From: an uncultured bacterium
GTDB taxonomy: Bacteria; CSSED10-310; CAZUFC01
Assembly (NCBI GenBank): GCA_964619725.1
Contig: CAZUFC010000003.1
Location: 78,423-142,422 of the forward strand
Length of the DNA stretch: 64,000 bases
Reading direction: 5' to 3'
A model generated the notes under the pieces. It ran no database searches. It was not told the origin of the DNA and worked only from the letters and a program-made list of their open reading frames with translations. The position numbers and the translations under genes are program-made. Below are positions 28,027 through 36,841 of this stretch, one piece after another (the first letter of the stretch is position 1; each line of letters starts with the position of its first letter).

Positions 28027-29943
28027 TTATTCGAATTTTATCGGTGAAATGTAAAGTTTTGGATTTTCAGGAGGGATAAGTGTAAGTGATCTAAGACTTA
28101 TTTTTGACGGGGAGGCTGCAGGGTCTAAACGAATGCCGGTCAGATGAGTTTCCGGAGAGGAGGATTGAATGGGAGCGGCATCAACAGAGTAGATATGAAA
28201 TTCAGAATCCTGGAAGATGTCGAATTCGATTTTTTTATTTTCGTCCCAGGTTGGGTCAAATTGAGTAATCCAGTAGATTTGGGCTTTGGACAGGTCATGA
28301 ATTCCCGAAACGGCCATTTCAATTTTGAAGGAATGAATTAATCCGATGGGCCATTGGATATGGAGAGTGAGGAGATGGGGGTCGCTGCCGTAAGAGATCA
28401 GAGACCAGTAGGGGGATGTACCGGTGAGTTCAAGTTCAGGGGAGGTAAACCAGTTATGTACAGGCATTGAGCTGTCGAATTTCCATTCTTTCCTGTAAAA
28501 AGAGGGCGGAACGATTTGAAGGATAGTTGAGCGGAAATCGTAAAGTCTTTTCAAGCGTTTTTCTTCTTTGAATCGGGAACCGGTCCAGGTGAGGAAACGG
28601 TATGAATGGTAAGGAGGCGGAGGCGGAATGTTGCGCATCTGAATTTCGGAGAATGTGTATGCGCGGATATCGTAGGGTTGGAATTCATATTTCATTTTGT
28701 AATAAAGCGAGGCGCCGCTTTTAACGACATGGGCGGGTCCGAAGGAGGATGGGAGGTTTTGAATGAAGATATGAGTATCTGGAGTGATTTTTCCTGTGCA
28801 TTGTTCTATTTTTTGAGGAATTTGATCGATGAAGCTCCCGGCATAATGCCAATAGGGAAGAAGGGAGCGGATAATGAGGAGGGAGAAGAATCCGAAAAGG
28901 AGGAATGCTGTTGTAAATAGTGTGCGTGCGGTATGAGCGTTTATTTTTTTCAGTCCGGAAAAGAAACCGGCGGCTGCAACTGCAGCGCCTATCAGCGGCA
29001 TGTAAAGGAAACGTTCTCCATAGATGCTTAAAGCCGGGGATAATGCTGCTGTGAACCAGAATATCCCGGTCCGGGTTTTTCGGTTGAATGCCGCGAAAAA
29101 AAGAAAAAGCAATGCGAGCTGCATACTGGAAAGTTTAATTCCGTTTTTTGAAAGAAAGGGAGAAAACAGAGCTCCTGCATAGGTTTTCAGGTGTTCCCAA
29201 AGGTTAATTCCGAAACTGAAATGAACTTTGTTCCCGTAAACGCCGACGCTGCCCAGAACGAAAATTCTATAGAGGAGATAAGCTGCGAGAATCATGAAAA
29301 AAGGAATGAGCGGGATGATCGCTTTTTTGATTGTCGTGGACTTGCGACGAAAAAATGCCGCCAGTATAAGTATGAGCAGAGGAAGAGAAGTTGCCGTGCC
29401 TTTGCACAGCAGGGCGGCAACGAAAACGATATAAGCGGATAGGATGAATCTGGCTTTATTGCGGTAAAAAAACAATAAAAACAGGTTCAGAGCACACAAT
29501 TGAAAAAAGGCGCTGAAAAGTTCAAAAAGATTGGAAGCCCAGGGAATGATGTATGCCTGAAGCGGGTGAAAAGCGAAAATAACGCAGCCAAAGGCAGCAT
29601 ACCCGGAATCTTTCAGCATCCTTTTCATGATGACGAACGCCATGGATACATTCAGACAATGAATGATGAGACTCAAACAATGATAGGCCTGCGGACGGAA
29701 TCCGAATATCCTGAACATGCAGGTGAATGCCAGCTCGCCGACCGGACGATAAAAAAGTCCCTCACGCCCCTCCAGGAAATTTATGCCGATTTCCGAAATT
29801 CGTTGTTTCTTCAGATAATAGAAATCGTCTGCTGTAAAATAATCGTCGATTACAGGCAGAAATATACCCCAAATCCCCAGGAGGATAAAAAACAAAATCA
29901 CCTTGTCCAGCGTCCGGACTCTTGCTTCGCCGGCGATGTTCAT
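28027..29943 (-). CDS. Multi-TM GT-C-like glycosyltransferase with C-terminal soluble beta-sandwich domain
   Basis: FTADDF, FYRPV, FAFHP, ALLCK and ERFLYMP motifs; more than 10 TM segments; C-terminal SDPHL...IRLDP. Confidence 0.7.
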   Translation of the reverse strand: MNIAGEARVRTLDKVILFFILLGIWGIFLPVIDDYFTADDFYYLKKQRISEIGINFLEGREGLFYRPVGELAFTCMFRIFGFRPQAYHCLSLIIHCLNVSMAFVIMKRMLKDSGYAAFGCVIFAFHPLQAYIIPWASNLFELFSAFFQLCALNLFLLFFYRNKARFILSAYIVFVAALLCKGTATSLPLLILILAAFFRRKSTTIKKAIIPLIPFFMILAAYLLYRIFVLGSVGVYGNKVHFSFGINLWEHLKTYAGALFSPFLSKNGIKLSSMQLALLFLFFAAFNRKTRTGIFWFTAALSPALSIYGERFLYMPLIGAAVAAAGFFSGLKKINAHTARTLFTTAFLLFGFFSLLIIRSLLPYWHYAGSFIDQIPQKIEQCTGKITPDTHIFIQNLPSSFGPAHVVKSGASLYYKMKYEFQPYDIRAYTFSEIQMRNIPPPPPYHSYRFLTWTGSRFKEEKRLKRLYDFRSTILQIVPPSFYRKEWKFDSSMPVHNWFTSPELELTGTSPYWSLISYGSDPHLLTLHIQWPIGLIHSFKIEMAVSGIHDLSKAQIYWITQFDPTWDENKKIEFDIFQDSEFHIYSVDAAPIQSSSPETHLTGIRLDPAASPSKISLRSLTLIPPENPKLYISPIKFE

Positions 29944-29980
29944 CTTTTCGGATTCAACGAGTTTCCTTATTCTATGAAAT

Positions 29981-30484
29981 TTATCTGAACAGCTTGTTCA
30001 GCAAATTGTTGATTTTTGGAATGTTTATATAGGAAGGACCGTAATCGCCCGTCATGTTCGGCCTGACGCCTTCTCCGCACAGAAAAATCGCATCCTCCTC
30101 AGAATAGATGCCCACCACGAAATTCTCTTCCCGGCATATGTCGGAAAAGTCTTTGATCAAAGGACGAAGATTTCTGAGAATCTTATTTACATCGTTTGAG
30201 CGGGGCTTGCTGTCTGCATCAAGGAGATTCAGAACAAAAAGAAACGGGCGGAAAAGAAGATTCAACCGGTCGGGAAGAAGAAAATTAATTTTCAGCTCCT
30301 TAGAGTCCCGTTTTAGGCTCAAAAGGGTTGATTTTCGGCTGTTAATTTGTAAATCCAGGGGCGTTTTTTTCGATTCCTCGATTATCTCGGGAAGTTCCGC
30401 AAAAATCTCAGCGAACTGATCCCCGGCCGCCATTTCATGAATATTTTCCGTCAAGTGAGACAGTCGGTTTATTATATCGTTCAT
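29981..30484 (-). CDS. Hypothetical protein (167 aa)
   Basis: GGAGG RBS and clean ORF; no recognisable motif. Confidence 0.6.
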   Translation of the reverse strand: MNDIINRLSHLTENIHEMAAGDQFAEIFAELPEIIEESKKTPLDLQINSRKSTLLSLKRDSKELKINFLLPDRLNLLFRPFLFVLNLLDADSKPRSNDVNKILRNLRPLIKDFSDICREENFVVGIYSEEDAIFLCGEGVRPNMTGDYGPSYINIPKINNLLNKLFR

Positions 30485-30716
30485 TCAAGCCTCCTTTTGC
30501 TTTTCCGTATTTACCATAAAAAGAACCTTTTTTTCCAGAAACTCTGATTGTTACCCGACAACAGGAATTTTGGAGACTGAGGAAACAGGGATGACTATTT
30601 TGACGAATCACTTCTTTTCTTTTCCGTGATATCTGCAGCGGCAGAGTCTCTGTCTTCCTTTCCAGAATGCTGTGCATTTTAATCACCACGAAATTTCGTT
30701 ACTCAAAGAAGGGATA

Positions 30717-30733
30717 TTGGTACATATTTTGCT
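30717..30733 (+). promoter_or_regulatory. Sigma54 (-24/-12) promoter
   Basis: TTGGTACATATTTTGCT with GG-N10-GC spacing, about 90 nt upstream of 30825. Confidence 0.7.
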
Positions 30734-30824
30734 GAGTTTTTTGATGTTTTGCAGAGTTCGACATCACAATTAAGGGCTTCGCTGAAGCTGAAACGCTTAA
30801 TTTTTTTTCACTCGCTGGAGGTGT

Positions 30825-31400
30825 ATGGTGAAAACGAAAAATCTCTGCAAAAAAGAGGAAATCGACAGCATTGAAAAATGCCGGAAAAAACTTTTTTCAA
30901 AGCAAAAAGTAAGAACTGACGAACTGGAGGAGGCTATGGTTTATCTGGCTCACGAAGGTTCGGATGAGGCAGTTTCGCTTTTAAAGGAGTATGGAAAGAA
31001 TGTGCCGGAGAATTTGAAGTATTTTTACGACTGTGCTTACGATGAAGCGGCATATTTTAATTTCGTGGAGAAAACGCAGGACATGAAAATTAAAGTGGAA
31101 ACGCCCAAAAATTTCAAACCGGAAGAGAACGGGGAGAAACTGGAGCAGTTGGAGAGAGACTGTCGTTCCATTGAGGAGCGTCTGGCGGAAAAGGGCATTA
31201 TCGTTTCATTATGCGAAAAACTGCCGGTTGAGCTGAGGAAAAAATATGTGGAAAAACTGGATGAATTGCTGAAGGGATTTCGATTTAAATCTGATGGATT
31301 CATTCATTTCGACGGCTGTTCCGGATACTGCGAAGAATGTTTTCAGTTCCAGTGGTGCGATGTTGCTGCAGAAATTATGGGCAGCAGCCGTCTTATGTAG
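30825..31400 (+). CDS. Hypothetical protein with C-terminal Cys cluster (CxxxCxxCxxxxxC)
   Basis: GGAGGT RBS; IHFDGCSGYCEECFQFQWC suggests a metal or Fe-S site. Confidence 0.7.
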   Translation: MVKTKNLCKKEEIDSIEKCRKKLFSKQKVRTDELEEAMVYLAHEGSDEAVSLLKEYGKNVPENLKYFYDCAYDEAAYFNFVEKTQDMKIKVETPKNFKPEENGEKLEQLERDCRSIEERLAEKGIIVSLCEKLPVELRKKYVEKLDELLKGFRFKSDGFIHFDGCSGYCEECFQFQWCDVAAEIMGSSRLM

Positions 31401-31494
31401 TTTTTGTCCATTAACTCGTTCGCGTGCACAGGCGTGCGTGCGCCGGTTCATTCAGGCTCAAGGTTGAACAGAAAAGAATTAATGAGCGGGGCAC
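31400..31494. mobile_element. Degenerate 95-bp relative of the 200-bp MITE
   Basis: Begins GTTTTTGTCCATTAACTC and ends GAATTAATGAGCGGGGCAC, resembling the two MITE ends; flanks TATGTA/TGATTA are not an exact duplication. Confidence 0.45.
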
Positions 31495-31614
31495 TGATTA
31501 AACGTTTGACTTTTTAAGCTTCGAAGCGCTAAATAAGAAAAGGTGAAAAGGTCAAATAGTCATTGCAACAAGAGTCGATTTTCAATGAACCGCAAACATC
31601 AAAGGAATAAAAAA

Positions 31615-34266
31615 ATGCGAAGAGTATGCATTATTTCTGCAATTTTGTCGACGTTTTTCGTCGGCGCAGGTATGAGTCGGGGAATAACGCCCGAGACTAT
31701 AGGAGTCATAATAAATGAAGTTTATTATGATGCGCCGGGGACGGATACGGGATATGAGTTTGTCGAATTGTACAACAATGCGCCCGATGCAGTGGATATG
31801 ACGGGATATGTATTAGCGATGAACGACCGTTATACGTTTGGAAGTTATGTCCTGCCGGCTTACACGTATGTGGTGATACACAACAACGCCGACGCGCCGG
31901 ACGAGGAGTTTGATCTTTACACGGGACCGGGTTTCGACAATATGGGTGACAGTCACGCCAGCGTGGCGTTGTTTACGGGGGCTCCTGGAAGCAGCACCAT
32001 AATAGATTTTCTTCAGTATGGGGAAGGCGACGGGGAGACCTGGGAGTCTGCGGCGGTGAGCGCAGGCATATGGACTGAAGGCGATTACGTGGATGACGTT
32101 GAGCCGGGGTATTCGATCAATTTGTACCCTGATCATCAGGATAACGATACGCCGGAGGACTGGACGGACTGCATCCCGTCGGCGCATTACAGCAACTGTA
32201 CGATTGAGCCGACGCCGGAGGGAAGTCCAACGCCGGAACCGACGATTACGCCGACTCCCACGTCATCGGGAACGCCCGGACCGTCGCCGACGCCTTATAT
32301 TTATTCGCCAACGCCGTTTCCCACCCCGACACCCTGTATATGCGGCGGACTAATCCTGAATGAAGTGATGTGCAACGCCGATGAGAACGACAACGATTTT
32401 GTCGAAATCATCAATTGTTCAATGGAAGCCGTCGATGTCGCTGACCCTCAAGTTTACATATCGGAAGAAGATTCCGACGCTGCGCCCGATAAATTGCTGC
32501 CTTTCTATTCAGGCGGAAATACCGTTATTCCGCCTCAGGGTTTCGGCGTTATATTGGACCCGAATCAGGAAGATTTTTATGACGTTCCTGAAGACGCCGT
32601 GCTGTTGAAGACGGATGATGACAGTATAGCGGACGCTAACATCAGTTGTGATGAAGTAATAGTTTTATGTTACGGTGCAACCGGCCAGGAATGCGAGGAT
32701 TCGATTTTTTCGACATACGGAGGATACAACAGTCCCGCTACGGCTCAATCCGTCGAAAGAACCGACCCCTGTGCAGACGATGAACCGGACAACTGGAATA
32801 ATTCTTCATGCGAACCCTCTTCTACCGGCCGACATTCCATAGGAGCTGCCAACTGTCCGCCAGTGGGACTGATTCCGCCGGGTTATTTGAACATTACCGA
32901 GGTTTGCCCCAAACCCGGAGAGACGGAAGGCGGAGGAAATTGCTCGGAATTTATAGAAATACTTAATTGTTCCGATGAAACGATTGACTTGAGAAACGTT
33001 CTGCTGACCGACGGTGAGACTGACGGACCGGACGGACCGCTTATTTTCAATCTCCTGGTCCCTGTCTATCCGGATGAGAATCCATACCTGGAACCCGGGG
33101 AAATGGCCGTAATTCTGCAGGAAAGCTATTTTGAAACCGCGGATATATTTACCGATGGAGAATACTCCGACACCATCTGTCAGACCGGCACGAAACTTTT
33201 AACGACCGATTCCGGTTCTCTGACTAAGAACGGGATGGCCGAAGCCAATCCCTACCTGCTGTTGAATACGGATTTTTCTCGCATCTCCACTTACCTGTTT
33301 CCGGTCTCTCATGAGACGGGCAATTCTATCGAGAGAATCGATCTTTGCGGTCCTGATACGGATGGCGCCTGGGCCGTCACTGCAGCCGATCAGCAAAAAT
33401 GCGGACGCCATTCATGCGGAAGATGGAATACGGTCAGCCCTCCTGCGCCCTCAGACGCCCCCAGAATACTGATGGGCGGTTACATGGATTCGGAAATCTC
33501 GGAAAGATACGGCGGAGTGTTGAACCTGACCGCCATAGCCATGGACCCGGACGGAGCTGAAACCATCGATTACATCGATATTCTGTTTTCAGGAATTTCC
33601 TATGGCTTCCACATGCCTCTTGTTGAAATTATTCCCCTGGATGACATATCTTTTTCCAATATAGCCCTCTATTCGGTCGATTTCGCTGTACCGCCGGGCG
33701 CCGCTCCTTCCCATTTTTCCTTTTCGCTGATTCCTTACGATGATGAAGGACATGTCGGAATCGAATGGCCATTTTTCCATATTAGGGGTACGGAATCCAT
33801 TTGTCCTCCCTATAGTTACTCTTTCGCTCCGCCGGAATTCCACAGCCCGCTTAACTTTTACGCCTGCAGCAGCCAAACTCCCTCTGTCGGAGACGTTCTC
33901 TGCGGTTTCTCTGATCCTAAAATCCTCCTGGCCGGATACTGGACCACTGATTTAAACGCTATAACTTCATGCCGCCTGCAAATGGTCGCTGCCGCTCAAC
34001 CCGCTCCAGGAAGAAGAATCGTTAAAGTCGAAATCTATTTTGCAGGATTGCCCACAGGCGTCTGTTTGCAGGATTTCGGCTTCTCTTCGGATGCGGACCT
34101 GGAATTCCTCGATGCACCCAACGACAATATCTTCGGCATTGAAATACCCCTGCAGCCTGGAGACTTGGAATATGAGGAGAATAATAGATATGCCCTGGGA
34201 CTGGCAGCAGTAGACGATTTAGGAAATAAAAGCGCTATATGGCCGCTCAGTCCGATTAATTTCTAA
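31615..34266 (+). CDS. Secreted protein with three lamin-tail-like domains, Pro/Thr linker and two C-terminal repeats
   Basis: ATG at 31615 after AAGGA, then a signal peptide. Repeats VIINEVYYD..EFVELYN, LILNEVMCN..DFVEIIN and LNITEVCP..EFIEILN; PTPEPTITPTPT linker; paired PRILMGGY/PKILLAGY...WP domains. Confidence 0.8.
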   Translation: MRRVCIISAILSTFFVGAGMSRGITPETIGVIINEVYYDAPGTDTGYEFVELYNNAPDAVDMTGYVLAMNDRYTFGSYVLPAYTYVVIHNNADAPDEEFDLYTGPGFDNMGDSHASVALFTGAPGSSTIIDFLQYGEGDGETWESAAVSAGIWTEGDYVDDVEPGYSINLYPDHQDNDTPEDWTDCIPSAHYSNCTIEPTPEGSPTPEPTITPTPTSSGTPGPSPTPYIYSPTPFPTPTPCICGGLILNEVMCNADENDNDFVEIINCSMEAVDVADPQVYISEEDSDAAPDKLLPFYSGGNTVIPPQGFGVILDPNQEDFYDVPEDAVLLKTDDDSIADANISCDEVIVLCYGATGQECEDSIFSTYGGYNSPATAQSVERTDPCADDEPDNWNNSSCEPSSTGRHSIGAANCPPVGLIPPGYLNITEVCPKPGETEGGGNCSEFIEILNCSDETIDLRNVLLTDGETDGPDGPLIFNLLVPVYPDENPYLEPGEMAVILQESYFETADIFTDGEYSDTICQTGTKLLTTDSGSLTKNGMAEANPYLLLNTDFSRISTYLFPVSHETGNSIERIDLCGPDTDGAWAVTAADQQKCGRHSCGRWNTVSPPAPSDAPRILMGGYMDSEISERYGGVLNLTAIAMDPDGAETIDYIDILFSGISYGFHMPLVEIIPLDDISFSNIALYSVDFAVPPGAAPSHFSFSLIPYDDEGHVGIEWPFFHIRGTESICPPYSYSFAPPEFHSPLNFYACSSQTPSVGDVLCGFSDPKILLAGYWTTDLNAITSCRLQMVAAAQPAPGRRIVKVEIYFAGLPTGVCLQDFGFSSDADLEFLDAPNDNIFGIEIPLQPGDLEYEENNRYALGLAAVDDLGNKSAIWPLSPINF

Positions 34267-34368
34267 GGCTCTATCCAGGAAGCCGGCGATTCATAAATAC
34301 TGCCGGGCGCCTTCGGCCCGGCCGCACCGGCATCGCTTCACGCCAAATCCGTACCTGATAACTATCTC

Positions 34369-34568
34369 GTTTTTGTCCATAAACGGCGAATTTTTCCCAA
34401 TACTGCGTCAGTCTTCGGATTTGCTCAGTCAAAGTATAAGCGCCGCCCCTGCCTCGCAAATCATTACCATCCTTGTCTTAAGAAAAATTCGCTCGTTTAT
34501 GGATCAAAAACCGCAGTGACTGTCCAGCACTAAATTTTGAATCGAGAATCGAGTTTATGGACAGGCAC
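34369..34568. mobile_element. 200-bp MITE, copy 1
   Basis: Ends GTTTTTGTCCATAAAC / GTTTATGGACAGGCAC form imperfect inverted repeats; flanked by TATCTC at 34363-34368 and 34569-34574; ungapped match to 53619-53818. Confidence 0.85.
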
Positions 34569-34574
34569 TATCTC

Positions 34575-34648
34575 GTTTTTGGATCAAAAACCGCAGTGAC
34601 TGTCCAGCATTAAATTTTGAATCGACAATCGAGTTTATGGACAGGCAC
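34575..34648. mobile_element. 74-bp internally deleted MITE stacked next to copy 1
   Basis: Left end GTTTTTG is joined directly to GATCAAAAAC...GGACAGGCAC and followed by a third TATCTC at 34649-34654. Confidence 0.8.
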
Positions 34649-34744
34649 TATCTCGCTTGTGCAACAGAAGTTTACGCTTGAAAAGCTATACCAGTTTCTA
34701 ATCACAAAATGAAACTTATATTCAATTGATTCCCGGGAATGTCC

Positions 34745-35302
34745 TTAAGACTTGGGCGATGCCTCTTTTTCCTCTTCAATCGGCAATTTTATGCCTAATT
34801 TCTTCAAATCGGACTTTTTTAAATTTTCCAGAAGGTCCTCGTCTTCCTCCGCCTTCTTTTTTAATTCGGGCTCAATCTCGAAGGCTTGCGAAAGAAACTG
34901 CTTGACTTTGCGGCGGCTTCCGCCGACAGCATGCAAGCAGGCAAGATCATATTGGATTTCCGCATTGCTTTCATCCAATTTGACGGCCTTCTCCAGATAC
35001 TTGATAGCCTGATCCAAATCGGAATGGTTATAGGCGTCGATTCCTAGCTGGTGGAGTTCCTCCGGGTCGTTCGATCTGATTTTTTTCTTTTTTTCAGGAT
35101 GGATATACTTTGAAAGATAAATGTTGGCCCGGTTGACTATGTCCAATTGCGCCGCGTATTTCTTCTGGATTCTCAGAAACTCGGTTTCTGCTTCCTCATG
35201 CTTACCTTCCTGAAGGAGAGTTACCGCATGATCGAATTCCTGGAAGGCTTTTTTTCTCCGTTCCGGTACGTTTTTTTTTCTTGATGCCTTGGTTTCAGTC
35301 AT
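34745..35302 (-). CDS. TPR-repeat protein
   Basis: LGIDAYNHSDLDQAIKYLEKAVKLD and YDLACLHA...AFEIEP; the ATG at 35302 after GAAAGGG is preferred over the track start. Confidence 0.8.
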   Translation of the reverse strand: MTETKASRKKNVPERRKKAFQEFDHAVTLLQEGKHEEAETEFLRIQKKYAAQLDIVNRANIYLSKYIHPEKKKKIRSNDPEELHQLGIDAYNHSDLDQAIKYLEKAVKLDESNAEIQYDLACLHAVGGSRRKVKQFLSQAFEIEPELKKKAEEDEDLLENLKKSDLKKLGIKLPIEEEKEASPKS

Positions 35303-35380
35303 ATGCTGCCCTTTCTTCAAACTCAAAACCGGCGAGAAGAACGCTTCTTTTAAATTAGATTACGTTCATGGCCGTCGGCA

Positions 35381-35410
35381 TATATAACAGTTATTAAAAG
35401 GTAATGTCAA
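35381..35410 (-). promoter_or_regulatory. Putative sigma70 promoter for the TPR gene
   Basis: Minus strand TTGACA-N18-TATATA with an extended TG. Confidence 0.5.
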
Positions 35411-35517
35411 GAATTACATTCAGAGGATGATTCAAATTGTCCGGGACGCGGAAGTTTATCAGTTATTTATTCTGAAAACAGCATGCTGTCGTCAACGAAC
35501 AGTTTTCGGATTCCTCC

Positions 35518-35546
35518 TTGACGATTATCTTACTATCCTCTATTTT
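35518..35546 (+). promoter_or_regulatory. Putative sigma70 promoter for the DUF507 to mfd gene run
   Basis: TTGACG-N17-TATTTT. Confidence 0.5.
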
Positions 35547-35587
35547 TTATGGGGATATTTTCAGGGTCCCCCCAAGGAGGTGATATC

Positions 35588-35866
35588 TTGAAACTTCGGC
35601 ATGAAAGAATAGGGATACTGGCTGGTATTATCGCCGAAACCTTAACGGATGAGAAAATGGTTGAAATTGAGGATCAAGATGAGTTGACCGGGCTGATCCG
35701 ACAAATCATTACCGAAGACTTGAAGGTCGAAGACAAACTTGATGAAGAAGTGCGGGATATTCTTAATAATCACTACGACGAACTTCAAAAGCAGAGAATA
35801 CCTTACCACCACATGTTTAAATTAATAAAAGACAAACTGGTCAAAGAGAGAAATTTAATTCTGTAA
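35588..35866 (+). CDS. DUF507 family protein
   Basis: GGAGGTGA RBS before TTG at 35588; EDKLDEEVRDIL...YHHMFKLIKDKLVKERNLIL. Confidence 0.8.
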   Translation: MKLRHERIGILAGIIAETLTDEKMVEIEDQDELTGLIRQIITEDLKVEDKLDEEVRDILNNHYDELQKQRIPYHHMFKLIKDKLVKERNLIL

Positions 35867-35904
35867 TCGTATGCCGCAAGTTCGGCGAAAGGAGCGCGGC
35901 CGGT

Positions 35905-36180
35905 ATGAGATTGAGTGCAGTGAAAATCAATCATATCTCTCATTTAATTGCTGACGAGTTGGAAAATGAGTCCTCGGTCAAGCTGTTAGCGGAAAAAAAC
36001 GACGTAAGGTTGAAAATAAAAGTGCTGATAACGAAAGAACTGAAATTGGACGACATTGTGGATGAAAAGATTCGTAAATCGATAAGCTCCATGTCCCGAA
36101 AAATTCCGGAAGGCAGCAGGGAATGGGAAGTGCTTTATAATAAAATGTTCGAAGAAGAAATGGAGAAACTTCGCAGATAA
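35905..36180 (+). CDS. DUF507 family protein (second paralog)
   Basis: MRLSAVKINHISHLI...IPEGSREWEVLY. Confidence 0.8.
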   Translation: MRLSAVKINHISHLIADELENESSVKLLAEKNDVRLKIKVLITKELKLDDIVDEKIRKSISSMSRKIPEGSREWEVLYNKMFEEEMEKLRR

Positions 36181-36290
36181 TTTTTCTGCATCCGGGCGTT
36201 CGCATTGAAAATGAGAAAGATTTAAACCCGATCATTCAGCGGATGTCTTTCGGCAATCGTTTCATGCGATTATTGCACTGAGAATCAATA

Positions 36291-36833
36291 ATGAGAGTCC
36301 CCAGTATTCCTCCTCCAGCTAAACTCTTTTGCGGTCTTTTATATAATAATGAAAAAATATTTGATAGAGGAATCCAGAGCCTGCAGAATCATTTCGGGCC
36401 GCTGGAAGCTGTCAGCGATCCGGTAGACTTCGATTTCACCGATTATTACCTGAAAGAAATGGGGCCGGGATTGATTCGGAAATTCGCGGTTTTTAAACGG
36501 TTGTTTCCCAGGGATCAACTGGTTAATGCCAAACACAAAACCATCTCAATTGAAAAACAGTTCAGCCGTAACAAAAACGATATCATTCATCGTGAACTTA
36601 ATGTCGATCCCGGTTATCTGACTGCCGAAAACCTGATCCTGTCCACGACCAAAGGATATTCCCATCGCATCTACCTGGACAGGGGAATTTATGCTGAAGT
36701 TTCTCTGGAGGTCAGAAAGAAAAAGTTCCACGCATTTCCATGGACTTATCCTGATTACCGTTTGAAAGAAATTTGGGATTTCTTTTGGAATATCAGGCAG
36801 GAATATTTAAAAACAATTAAATCAGAAGGATAA
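36291..36833 (+). CDS. DUF4416 family protein
   Basis: FTDYYLKEMG, NVDPGY, HRIYLDRGIYAE, PWTYPDY. Confidence 0.85.
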   Translation: MRVPSIPPPAKLFCGLLYNNEKIFDRGIQSLQNHFGPLEAVSDPVDFDFTDYYLKEMGPGLIRKFAVFKRLFPRDQLVNAKHKTISIEKQFSRNKNDIIHRELNVDPGYLTAENLILSTTKGYSHRIYLDRGIYAEVSLEVRKKKFHAFPWTYPDYRLKEIWDFFWNIRQEYLKTIKSEG

Positions 36834-36841
36834 AATAAATT

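Noticed and set aside
32200-32335. CCGACG-like DNA repeats
   Set aside because: They encode the Pro/Thr linker of the LTD protein.
34271-34459. 62-aa ORF (also 53805-54209)
   Set aside because: They run through MITE or intergenic sequence, have no recognisable motif, and the second overlaps the Nif3-like gene start.
34496-34655. 80-bp tandem repeat as a CRISPR array
   Set aside because: There are no unique spacers and no cas genes; the stacked MITE units and target duplications explain it.
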